From: a bacterium
Lineage (GTDB): Bacteria; Zhuqueibacterota; Zhuqueibacteria; Residuimicrobiales; Krinioviventaceae
Reading direction: 5' to 3'
DNA: 64,000 bases
NCBI GenBank assembly: GCA_963693055.1
Contig: OY843751.1
Coordinates: 3,776,001-3,840,000, forward strand
Positions within the stretch are counted from its first letter, which is position 1; each line of letters begins with the position of its first letter. The notes beneath the pieces are model-generated. The model was not told the DNA's origin. It saw only the letters and a list, made by a program, of their open reading frames with translations, and made no database searches. The position numbers and the translations under genes were made by a program. Below are positions 19,850-28,836 of this stretch, one piece after another.

Positions 19850-22057
19850 TTACAGTAATGAAAAAGCTACAGTCAAACCCGCCATTACGATTGACACCAT
19901 ACTCATCAATTTGATAAGGATGTTCAAGCTAGGACCTGAGGTATCTTTGAAAGGATCACCAACAGTATCACCAGTAACAGCAGCTTTGTGAGCTTCGGAA
20001 CCTTTACCGCCATGAGCGCCAGATTCAATGTATTTTTTAGCATTGTCCCATGAACCACCTGCATTAGCCATAAACACAGCCAATACAAAACCAGCAGACA
20101 AGCCACCGGTCAACAGTCCCATAACACCAGCTACACCAAAGATCAAACCGGTTAAAATAGGAGCTGCAATAGCGAGCAATGAAGGAATCAACATTTCACG
20201 CTGTGCGCCTTTGGTAGAGATAGCAACACAAGAAGCGTAATCGGGTTCGGTTTCACCTTCCATAATACCTTTGATTTCGCGGAACTGACGACGCACTTCT
20301 TCAACCATAGATTGAGCAGCACGACCTACAGCGTTCATGGTCAAACCACAGAACATAAAGGCCATCATAGATCCAATGAACATACCCATCAATACTTTGG
20401 GGTTCATCAGGTGAACATCATAATTATGCATAAAATCGATCAAAGTAAGTTTGGAAACATCTACTACAGAATCCAAAGACAAACCATTGGGAAATGTATA
20501 AGAACCGGTATTTTCTACGATACGAACAATACCAATTTTCAATTCTTCAATATATGAAGCCAACAAGGCCAATGCAGTTAATGCAGCCGAACCAATTGCA
20601 AAACCTTTACCGGTAGCAGCAGTGGTGTTACCTAAAGAATCGAGAGCATCAGTACGTTTACGTACCTCTGGTCCAAGACCGCTCATTTCAGCGTTACCAC
20701 CTGCGTTATCAGCGATTGGGCCGTAAGCATCAGTAGCCAGGGTGATACCCAGGGTTGAAAGCATACCAACAGCGGCAATACCAATACCGTAAAGACCCAT
20801 TGATAAATCAGTCATATCAAATCTTGCTGCAGTCAAAAAAGCCAGTATGGTACCAACAACAATGGTCAACACCGGGAAAGCGGTAGAGAACATACCGGTA
20901 CCGATTCCTGAAATAATAACAGTTGCAGGACCGGTTTCGGCACTTGCAGCAATTTTACGGGTTGGTTTATATGCTTCAGAAGTAAAATATTCAGTTTCTT
21001 TACCAATCAACCATCCGGTTAACAGACCCACAACGATTGAGCCCCAGAGACCCCATACATTGGGAATGCCAAGAGCAGTAAGAATAACCCAGGAAAGGAT
21101 AATGATCAACAATGAAGAAAGATCAACACCTTTACCCAAAGCGCCCAACAATTGTTTTTGTGTGGCATTTTCTTTGGTACGAACTGCAAAAATACCAACG
21201 ATAGATAACAAAGTACCAACAGCTGCGATCAACATGGGAGCCAATACAGCTTTTAACTGCAAATCGCCCTGATGCATAAATGCAGCAGCACCCAATGCAG
21301 CTGTAGCCAAAACAGAACCAGCATAAGATTCATACAAGTCTGCACCCATACCAGCAACGTCACCAACATTGTCACCAACATTGTCTGCGATGGTAGCAGG
21401 GTTACGAGGATCATCTTCAGGGATACCGGCTTCAACTTTACCTACCAGATCAGCGCCAACATCAGCAGCTTTGGTATAAATACCACCACCAACACGTGCA
21501 AACAATGCCTGGGTAGAAGCACCCATACCAAAAGTAAGCATAGTGGTTGTGATAACAACAAGTTTATGACCAGGATCAGATTCAGGAATCAATGCGGTAA
21601 GAACGATGAACCACAATGCGATATCCAAAAGTGCCAAACCAACAACAACCAGCCCCATAACAGCACCTGAACGGAAAGCAACCTGCAAACCTTTATTCAG
21701 AGACTTTTGAGCAGCGTTAGCAGTACGGGCACTTGCATAAGTAGCGGTTTTCATTCCAAAAAAACCAGCCAAACCGGAAAAGAAACCACCGGTCAAAAAT
21801 GCAAACCATACAAAACCATTTTGATATCCACCAAAAGCCATAAGAGCAAATAAAGCGGTCAAAACAGCAAAAACAATTGTTACAACTTTATATTGTTGTG
21901 TGAGGTAAGCCATAGCGCCAGTACGTACGTGCTGAGCGATTTCTTTCATGCGGTCTGTACCTTCGTCTTCGGCCATTAATTTTTTGAAAAAATACCAGGC
22001 AAATCCAAGAGCTAGCACAGAAGCGATAGGAACAATCCAAAAAAGATTATTAGACAT
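19850..22057 (-). CDS. hppA: Membrane-bound ion-translocating pyrophosphatase, K+-dependent Na+ (probably Na+,H+) type
   Basis: [41 protein letters not shown] (Ala marks K+ dependence), [15 protein letters not shown]. Confidence 0.97.
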   Translation of the reverse strand: MSNNLFWIVPIASVLALGFAWYFFKKLMAEDEGTDRMKEIAQHVRTGAMAYLTQQYKVVTIVFAVLTALFALMAFGGYQNGFVWFAFLTGGFFSGLAGFFGMKTATYASARTANAAQKSLNKGLQVAFRSGAVMGLVVVGLALLDIALWFIVLTALIPESDPGHKLVVITTTMLTFGMGASTQALFARVGGGIYTKAADVGADLVGKVEAGIPEDDPRNPATIADNVGDNVGDVAGMGADLYESYAGSVLATAALGAAAFMHQGDLQLKAVLAPMLIAAVGTLLSIVGIFAVRTKENATQKQLLGALGKGVDLSSLLIIILSWVILTALGIPNVWGLWGSIVVGLLTGWLIGKETEYFTSEAYKPTRKIAASAETGPATVIISGIGTGMFSTAFPVLTIVVGTILAFLTAARFDMTDLSMGLYGIGIAAVGMLSTLGITLATDAYGPIADNAGGNAEMSGLGPEVRKRTDALDSLGNTTAATGKGFAIGSAALTALALLASYIEELKIGIVRIVENTGSYTFPNGLSLDSVVDVSKLTLIDFMHNYDVHLMNPKVLMGMFIGSMMAFMFCGLTMNAVGRAAQSMVEEVRRQFREIKGIMEGETEPDYASCVAISTKGAQREMLIPSLLAIAAPILTGLIFGVAGVMGLLTGGLSAGFVLAVFMANAGGSWDNAKKYIESGAHGGKGSEAHKAAVTGDTVGDPFKDTSGPSLNILIKLMSMVSIVMAGLTVAFSLL

Positions 22058-22105
22058 CTCCTCTCCTTATAAGATTAGTGTGAGTTATATATATTAAAAT
22101 ATTTG

Positions 22106-22879
22106 CTAAAAGCCTATAGTTAAAGCCGATCTCCACCAGTGGTGATGTTTCTCTTCAAGTTCCATATCTGATGGGAACGGGTAAAAATTAAAAGTTTTCT
22201 GATCACCAACAAAAAATCCGTTCTTGATAGTCCGGTATAATATGTCCCGATGAAAGCAGCGAAGTACCGTTTTGGTCCGTTTCTCGGTATTCTTTTGCAG
22301 ATCAATCAGACAATCCCGTAAATGATCAATATTGGCATAAGGTAAATTTTCCGTAGAGCCGTCCGTGGGATTGTTTGCCAGTTCTTCAAGTACAAGTTCT
22401 ACAAAAATCAAACGAGGAACTGAAATGGGATTTTTCCGATCCGTTACAAATTTGCAAAACTCTTGCGGATCCAGACTACTGGCAATCTGTGGCATTACCG
22501 GACCCAATTCCTGGTACAGGTGCAAAATAGAATTGTCGGTATTGACATATTCCTGCTTTTGCAATTCAAGCACTCTGCCATCATCAGTTACAAGGAAAAG
22601 ATTCTGCAAAGCATCATTGGGAATATGTTCAACCACACGATACACAGATAAATACAAAGAACGTTTGGGTGATCCATCAGGGTGCGGCTGGCACCTTTCG
22701 TCAACATCCTTGAATGGAAAATGATCACTCTTGAATGCCGGATCAACCTGAAAAAAGATCGCTTCTCCATGTGTACGTTTTTTAGTTCCTACCGCCAAAT
22801 ACTTGCCAAATTCAATGGGCGGAAGCATAGATGCGATCAAAGACTCGGGTGTTAAAGACAAGTACAGATACCTTTTCAT
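22106..22879 (-). CDS. Soluble hypothetical protein with internal two-fold repeat, upstream of hppA
   Basis: 257-aa ORF with AAGGAGAG RBS, ending 48 bp before the hppA start. Confidence 0.8.
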   Translation of the reverse strand: MKRYLYLSLTPESLIASMLPPIEFGKYLAVGTKKRTHGEAIFFQVDPAFKSDHFPFKDVDERCQPHPDGSPKRSLYLSVYRVVEHIPNDALQNLFLVTDDGRVLELQKQEYVNTDNSILHLYQELGPVMPQIASSLDPQEFCKFVTDRKNPISVPRLIFVELVLEELANNPTDGSTENLPYANIDHLRDCLIDLQKNTEKRTKTVLRCFHRDILYRTIKNGFFVGDQKTFNFYPFPSDMELEEKHHHWWRSALTIGF

Positions 22880-23122
22880 GACACTCTCCTTAATTTGTTT
22901 GTTGTTAACGAGTTGTGCCGCCGTCCGAAGGTTTAGTCGGTTCTGAAATTCATATCTGCAACAATGTCATTTCCTGACGAACAGAAAACAAGATTGCAAT
23001 ATAATAACTTTTTACAATAATGTCAATACAATTAAACACCATACATTTTTGTAGAACCGTTATCGATTACAATCCTGTTTTCACTCTATTATCAGAACAT
23101 TTTTTAGAAAAAGTCGATTCCG

Positions 23123-24430
23123 TTATTTCTTTAACATCTTGAGCAGCCATTGATTTTTTGCTTCCCGCTGTTCCGGAAAATTCCAGTGACCGGTTTCCAA
23201 CGCCAGCAGCAACTCTTTGGGCGCATCGATAACATTATATGCCGCGTACATGGATGTTGGCGGACAAGTAGTATCGTTAAATCCCCACGAATACCATCCC
23301 GGCACCTGTACTTGTCTTGCAAAATTTACCACATCGTAATACTTGCTGGTCTCAATCTTGTCTTCTTTGACATTAAACGCCTTGTTGTCATCATTAAACA
23401 TGTGCGGCCAGCCTCCTGCCCTGCCGTGCAGATAACCGGTCAAATCACACAATGCAGGAAAAAACGCAGCCAAGTACTTAATGCGGGAATCCAGTCCGGC
23501 AGTGATAATAGACAATGCCCCGCCCTGACTACCGCCGGTTACCGCAAGGTTTTCGCCGTCAAACTCGGGCAGACTGTAAATAAAATCTATAGCTCGTACA
23601 CAGCCCAGGTATACGCGCTTGTAATAGTAATGGTCCTTGTCATCCAGATTATATACCCAGTATCCATCCAGAGCACCGCGACGTAGATCATAATACACGC
23701 CATCATCCATAGTCACGGGAATACCGTGAATTCCAATATTGAAGGTAATTACGCCCTGTTCCGCCAAGGCAATATTTCCATGATATGCCCGTACGCCTGC
23801 ACCTGGGACTTCTAATACCGCTGGTACCTTGCCTTCAGATTTGGGAACGCACAGAATACCGTACAATCGGGAATCCCGTTTTTCATTCTGCAGATTGACA
23901 TGGTACACATTGACTTTAGCTGTGCAGCTCTCTGGAATCAGCGTTACGATGGGATCCATGGGTACCTCTGCGGCTTTGGTTTTCTCCTGTTCCCAGAACT
24001 CAACAAAATCTTTGGGCACGGTTGTTGTGGGTTCTATTTGCGAGGGAGCGAATCCCGCGGTGGCGCAGCTTTTGTACTCTTGTCCGTCTACGGTTGCTGT
24101 GGCCCAGCAGCGCAGAAATCCCGGAGTCTTCATTGTACCACCTTCGATGGTGATTGAACCGGATTTTAACACCTCGGATTTGGATTTCAGTGTTTCCATT
24201 TTCTCGGGTTTGATTTCCCAGGACACAGGTACATCGTGAACAGTATTTCCCGCACGCAGCACTGTAATAGTGAATTTTGCTTTTTCACCCACCTCGTACT
24301 GCCAGTTCTCATGGTCCGGCGCGACAACTACCTTGACCAGCTCTTGTCTGGGTTGGGCTAATAAAACAGATGAAATTAAGAGTATAGATACAATAATACA
24401 ATGAATAGATAACCTGGAACGATTCAACAT
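23123..24430 (-). CDS. Acetylxylan esterase / cephalosporin-C deacetylase family (CE7), secreted
   Basis: GGSQGG nucleophile elbow, GFNDTTCPPTS, TGH; start ATG 24430 after GGAGG. Confidence 0.9.
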   Translation of the reverse strand: MLNRSRLSIHCIIVSILLISSVLLAQPRQELVKVVVAPDHENWQYEVGEKAKFTITVLRAGNTVHDVPVSWEIKPEKMETLKSKSEVLKSGSITIEGGTMKTPGFLRCWATATVDGQEYKSCATAGFAPSQIEPTTTVPKDFVEFWEQEKTKAAEVPMDPIVTLIPESCTAKVNVYHVNLQNEKRDSRLYGILCVPKSEGKVPAVLEVPGAGVRAYHGNIALAEQGVITFNIGIHGIPVTMDDGVYYDLRRGALDGYWVYNLDDKDHYYYKRVYLGCVRAIDFIYSLPEFDGENLAVTGGSQGGALSIITAGLDSRIKYLAAFFPALCDLTGYLHGRAGGWPHMFNDDNKAFNVKEDKIETSKYYDVVNFARQVQVPGWYSWGFNDTTCPPTSMYAAYNVIDAPKELLLALETGHWNFPEQREAKNQWLLKMLKK

Positions 24431-24610
24431 TTCAACCTCCGTAATGTTGGGTAATAGAAAACAATACAAAACCTTGCGGATATATGCAACAGCAATTTCG
24501 CTATTCAGCAGACACGAGTCCCCCCCAACCATCTCACAAATAGTCAAAAATCGATTCCTGCAAGCCCGATAAAAAAAAATGAAGAAAATTTCTAAAAAAT
24601 ACAATTTTTC

Positions 24611-24639
24611 TTGACAATGACATAAATCATGCGTATGAT
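24611..24639 (+). promoter_or_regulatory. Near-consensus sigma-70 promoter for the beta-barrel gene array
   Basis: TTGACA-N17-TATGAT. Confidence 0.8.
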
Positions 24640-24747
24640 TAATATATGCAAAACATTACGAGCAGAGGGAAGGATGCTTGTAATGTTTGTGCTCGTCCGG
24701 GGTTGTAATGCAGGTTAAAATTTCAACCAATTTTTCAGGGGTGAAAT

Positions 24748-25467
24748 ATGCCAAAAATATCAGCAATTATTTATCCAATCCTCTTAATCATTATATCCAG
24801 TCCACTGTACTCACAAACCCGTTTGGGAATCTATGTTGGTGGTAATTATTATGATAAAGTCCAAAAACCTGCATTCACCCCTATCGATAAAAACAATCTG
24901 GCAAAAAACAGCAGAATCATTTTTGACAATGACGGCTATTCATACCAACTCGGGCTTTTATTGAAAATCAAATCCAGATTTGGATTTTCGATCGAATACC
25001 GGGGAAAGCGGACCTGTGAGTTTGACTATCCCAAAACCTTTACACCGTACGTTTATGGCCCCAATACCTATTGGATCAAATCACACAGTTCAAGCTGGAA
25101 TTTTGGCGTATCTGCGGATATTGTGAAATTCCACAAATTCAGTTTGCATGCAGGTGTTGGTATAAGCAACACCAAGATTGAAGGATTTATAAGAGATGGG
25201 TTTGTACATCCTACCAGCCACGAAATAAAATATATATATCCGGAGGAAGGATATTCTTCGTGTGGATCTAAAAAAATATATCATCCCCTTTTTACATTGG
25301 GAGTAGATTATAATATTTTTAAAAAGATCACAATAGGGGCCGCGTTGAGGTACAGTTCCGGAGAAATCAAACAATGGAAATGGGGTGGCGATTATAATAA
25401 ACATTTATATGATCAGCAGTTATATGGCATGTATTATATGGTAAATCTGATTTATTGGATAGTTTAG
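24748..25467 (+). CDS. Small outer-membrane beta-barrel protein 1
   Basis: Signal peptide; alternating strands RLGIYVGGNY, FSLHAGVGIS, TLGVDYNIF, TIGAALRYS. Confidence 0.7.
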   Translation: MPKISAIIYPILLIIISSPLYSQTRLGIYVGGNYYDKVQKPAFTPIDKNNLAKNSRIIFDNDGYSYQLGLLLKIKSRFGFSIEYRGKRTCEFDYPKTFTPYVYGPNTYWIKSHSSSWNFGVSADIVKFHKFSLHAGVGISNTKIEGFIRDGFVHPTSHEIKYIYPEEGYSSCGSKKIYHPLFTLGVDYNIFKKITIGAALRYSSGEIKQWKWGGDYNKHLYDQQLYGMYYMVNLIYWIV

Positions 25468-25546
25468 CCGCTGGAATTTATAACAAACATCTAAATTGAA
25501 AATTAGCCGATTTCAATATCATGTTATGGGTTTCCCGAGTCAGTAT

Positions 25547-26230
25547 ATGAATAAAATCATACTTTTAATTCTCTTTTCAACTTTGGTTTTTTCTCAAGAT
25601 ATCAAATATAGCTTGAATGCGGGCACAAATTATTCATCGGTAATTTCTGAATCCGGTATTCAATATCAAAACGGCATTACCATGGGATTTAGCAGAGAAC
25701 GAATTCTAAACACACACCAATCTTCTTTTGAAATTTTATGCCTATATACCCTAAAAAAAAGTTCATTGGAAAATAAAATCATCAAATATGTGGACAATGG
25801 AGTTTTCATAACCCAAGGAGATATTCACATAAAGCTTGCAACAATTGATATTTGCATGCACAAAAATTTCTATTGGAGCGTTCATGAACCATTCAGGTTC
25901 TCACTCCTGGCAGGCCCCTGTTTCTCCCTATGTATTTCAGACAAATCTACAACCTGGACTGATAAAAATCTTTGCAGTTCTAATATAAACGATATCAATT
26001 GTCAGGATTTGAATTATGATTATGATACCGAGAATGACAACTTATCGGGGTTTATCACCAGATTGGGTAATTCAGGATTCGGATTTGATTTCGGTATGGG
26101 ATTTCATTTCAACAATCTGGCAGTTAAATGTATTTATCAAATACCCCTCTATCAAATAGATACGGTTAAAAACATTAAACTCGATAAATACTATCATGCA
26201 GTAAATATATTTCTAGCTTGTTCGTTTTGA
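25547..26230 (+). CDS. Small outer-membrane beta-barrel protein 2 (PorT/OMP_b-brl_2-like)
   Basis: Start MNKII; SLNAGTNYS, FSLLAGPCFS, GFDFGMGFHF; C-terminal Phe. Confidence 0.7.
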   Translation: MNKIILLILFSTLVFSQDIKYSLNAGTNYSSVISESGIQYQNGITMGFSRERILNTHQSSFEILCLYTLKKSSLENKIIKYVDNGVFITQGDIHIKLATIDICMHKNFYWSVHEPFRFSLLAGPCFSLCISDKSTTWTDKNLCSSNINDINCQDLNYDYDTENDNLSGFITRLGNSGFGFDFGMGFHFNNLAVKCIYQIPLYQIDTVKNIKLDKYYHAVNIFLACSF

Positions 26231-26287
26231 ATTTTAAAAGCATTATATAATGTTTAAATTTCACGCTTGCTGCTCAGGAATATAAAA

Positions 26288-26336
26288 CAAGTCCACCTGA
26301 CAGCGGACAATCCCATTAAAATGGGACCTACAGGTA
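26288..26336 (+). repeat. 49-bp direct repeat, copy 1
   Basis: CAAGTCCACCTGACAGCGGACAATCCCATTAAAATGGGACCTACAGGTA; 45/49 identical to 27156..27204. Confidence 0.9.
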
Positions 26337-26440
26337 TAATATTCAATTTGTATGGACGTTCGACCATGTATTGAGTTGTTTATAATCCATTATCATAAAT
26401 ACATGTTTGACATATTGCATTAATCATTAAAAAGGTTTGT

Positions 26441-27109
26441 ATGATAAATACTGGTTTTAAAACATTCATTTTTTTTATCATTGTGTTTACATTAAACTCT
26501 GCTCAGGGGGCAATAGGCATTAAAGGAGGTGTCAATTATACATATTATAAAAATCCTGCAATTCATCCGGAAGTGGGTGAAACCTGGGGCGTATTTAAAG
26601 AATTTCGTCTAAGTAACAGATTTTTTCTCGAATCTCAATTTTGCATTACACATATAATGGGCAATGAGTTTAATGCTACAGAAGCTGGCGGCCCCTGGGG
26701 TATGAAAGATGACAGAATATATGTTATAAATATTCACATTCATGCTGTATTTTTAGAATTTCCGTTTTTGTTAAAATTCACGGTTTATTCTCAAAATAAT
26801 TTCAAAGTGAATATAACAGCAGGTCCATCTTTTGTCTGGGGTTTAAATGATAAATCGAAAAGAATTATTATTAGGAATGAAGATAAAGATGACTTTGCAA
26901 ATCAAACTATCGATTATCATCTTGCCGATTATGGAGGTCTAGCAAGCAACGGTAAAAGCTGGAATTTTGGCCTGGAATTTATCTTTAGGAAAATATCTCT
27001 AGAATTTCGGTACAGCAATATCACTTATGATCTGGATATGCTTGCAGACCTTTGGTTCAAAGAGGAACTGACACACGCATTTATATTGATTGGAGGAATG
27101 CGATTTTAA
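26441..27109 (+). CDS. Small outer-membrane beta-barrel protein 3 (PorT/OMP_b-brl_2-like)
   Basis: IGIKGGVNY, FLEFPFLLKF, NITAGPSF, SLEFRYS; C-terminal Phe. Confidence 0.8.
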   Translation: MINTGFKTFIFFIIVFTLNSAQGAIGIKGGVNYTYYKNPAIHPEVGETWGVFKEFRLSNRFFLESQFCITHIMGNEFNATEAGGPWGMKDDRIYVINIHIHAVFLEFPFLLKFTVYSQNNFKVNITAGPSFVWGLNDKSKRIIIRNEDKDDFANQTIDYHLADYGGLASNGKSWNFGLEFIFRKISLEFRYSNITYDLDMLADLWFKEELTHAFILIGGMRF

Positions 27110-27155
27110 ACAAGAATGCTCATTTGCAAAAAATCATGACTAGATACTATTTATT

Positions 27156-27204
27156 CAAGTCCACCTAACGGCGGACAATCCCATTGAAATGGGATCTACA
27201 GGTA
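27156..27204 (+). repeat. 49-bp direct repeat, copy 2
   Basis: CAAGTCCACCTAACGGCGGACAATCCCATTGAAATGGGATCTACAGGTA. Confidence 0.9.
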
Positions 27205-27281
27205 GAACGAAATTTAATTCGTTTACGTCCACAAGCTCAAGACAAGTGTCGGATCGGGATGTATCCAAGGCCCGGCAATGA

Positions 27282-27306
27282 GTCAACCAAGTAAAACTTG
27301 GTTGAC
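27282..27306. terminator. Perfect hairpin between convergent genes
   Basis: GTCAACCAAGT-AAA-ACTTGGTTGAC, 11-bp stem; no clear U-tract. Confidence 0.5.
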
Positions 27307-27406
27307 AGGGAGTATAGTACTCATCCCGCACCATGTATACATTCACCTACGTCAAACACTCAGGGACCGTTATGCGTCAATCAGGGTAATCCGTTAATCT
27401 TGTTAA

Positions 27407-28825
27407 TCAAGGTCTTTTAGTAAATCCGGGTTTATAGTAATACACCAACCCGCTCAAGGTCAAGAGTACTCCCAGCAGCGACGGCAGCGGCGCCGAGATC
27501 AGCGTAACCACCATAAACCAGATATGGATGAGCAGTACTATAATCAAAGTAAAGGGATAAAACGGCACCCGGAAAGGTCGTTTGATTTCCTGATATTTTT
27601 TTCTCAAAACCCAGACCGCCGCAAATGTGGATACGTTAAACACCGCCGAGGTAAAAGAAAAATAGTCGATTACCGCCTCGTAAGCATGCTCCGCAAAGGC
27701 TGCTCCCATTAACAGTACGGTTGCCCAGGCACCCTGTACCAACAGCGCGGTATTGGGGGTTTTGTATTGGGGATGGAGTTTGCTCAGGGGTTTAAAAAAC
27801 AGTCCGTCCTGAGACATGGCGTACCAGGTCCGGGCTTTGCACAGTACCTGGGTTGAGATATTACCAAAGGTATTGATCATTACTGCCGCGGCTATGAAAA
27901 TCCCGCCGGTCACCCCAACCGCCTTGTTCATGGCCTCTGTTGCCACCCACTTGCTGGTTTTGATCACCTCAGGCGAGAGCTGATACAGATACGCCGAGTT
28001 GACCGCCAGATACAGCAGCATAACCCCGGCAATACCCAGGATGATGGAAAGCGGTAGGTTTTTGCGTGGATTTTTAACTTCTTCCGCAACATAGGTTGCT
28101 CCCTCCCATCCGCTGTAGGCGAAAAATCCATATCGCATGGCCGCACCAAAAGCGATCATGGTGGACCAGCTCCATTCCTCGGGCCAGAATTGCGTGGTAA
28201 AATGCGAGATCTCACCCGCACGACTGAATCCAAAATAAACAATCATCAGCAATGCCAGAAATTTAACAGCGCTGAACAAGTTTTGAATTTTACCGCTAAG
28301 CGCCACACCAAAGCAATTCACCAGTGTTAACACCCACATTGCTGAAAAGGCAATAAGCAGTTCAAGGGTATGAGAAATATGGTTCCCGGAAATAGAAAAC
28401 AAAAAAGAGTTGAAATACTCGGCAAAAACCAGCGCAACCGCAACAATAGCGGCGGTTTCCGAAACAAAAAACATGGCCCAACCGCGCAGGAACGTCCAGA
28501 CCGGAGGATACGCAGCTTTGAGATAAGCATAAGGGCCGCCCGATTTGGGCATCATGGCTACCAGTTCCGCGTAACAAAAAGCGCCCAGCAGGGTGGCAAT
28601 GCCTCCCAATATCCAGACGCCATAAAATAAACTAATTGATGCGGTAAGGAGCATAATCGGTCCGGGCGTACGAAAAATCCCGGAACCGATTATCCTTCCA
28701 AATACAATGGATAACGCTTCGGTAAGGCCCAAACGTCGTTCAAGTCCGGTTTGTTCAGAGAATAACGGATTCTCTTCCCCTGTCGGGTCCATGCTTTCCA
28801 GAATTGAACGATTGGATCCACTCAC
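27407..28825 (-). CDS. APC-family amino acid permease
   Basis: IIGSGIF, CYAELVAMMPKSGGPYAYL, FAYSGWE, EEVKNPRKNLP. Confidence 0.93.
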   Translation of the reverse strand: MSGSNRSILESMDPTGEENPLFSEQTGLERRLGLTEALSIVFGRIIGSGIFRTPGPIMLLTASISLFYGVWILGGIATLLGAFCYAELVAMMPKSGGPYAYLKAAYPPVWTFLRGWAMFFVSETAAIVAVALVFAEYFNSFLFSISGNHISHTLELLIAFSAMWVLTLVNCFGVALSGKIQNLFSAVKFLALLMIVYFGFSRAGEISHFTTQFWPEEWSWSTMIAFGAAMRYGFFAYSGWEGATYVAEEVKNPRKNLPLSIILGIAGVMLLYLAVNSAYLYQLSPEVIKTSKWVATEAMNKAVGVTGGIFIAAAVMINTFGNISTQVLCKARTWYAMSQDGLFFKPLSKLHPQYKTPNTALLVQGAWATVLLMGAAFAEHAYEAVIDYFSFTSAVFNVSTFAAVWVLRKKYQEIKRPFRVPFYPFTLIIVLLIHIWFMVVTLISAPLPSLLGVLLTLSGLVYYYKPGFTKRP

Positions 28826-28836
28826 CTGCGCTACCG

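Noticed and set aside
25478-25529. attC-like site (TATAAC...GTTATG hairpin) between beta-barrel genes 1 and 2
   Set aside because: Only about 52 bp, the L boxes do not pair in the attC pattern, it is not repeated after the other genes, and there is no integrase in the window.
26288-27204. CRISPR array from the 49-bp repeats
   Set aside because: Only two copies, about 870 bp apart with a gene between them; no cas genes.
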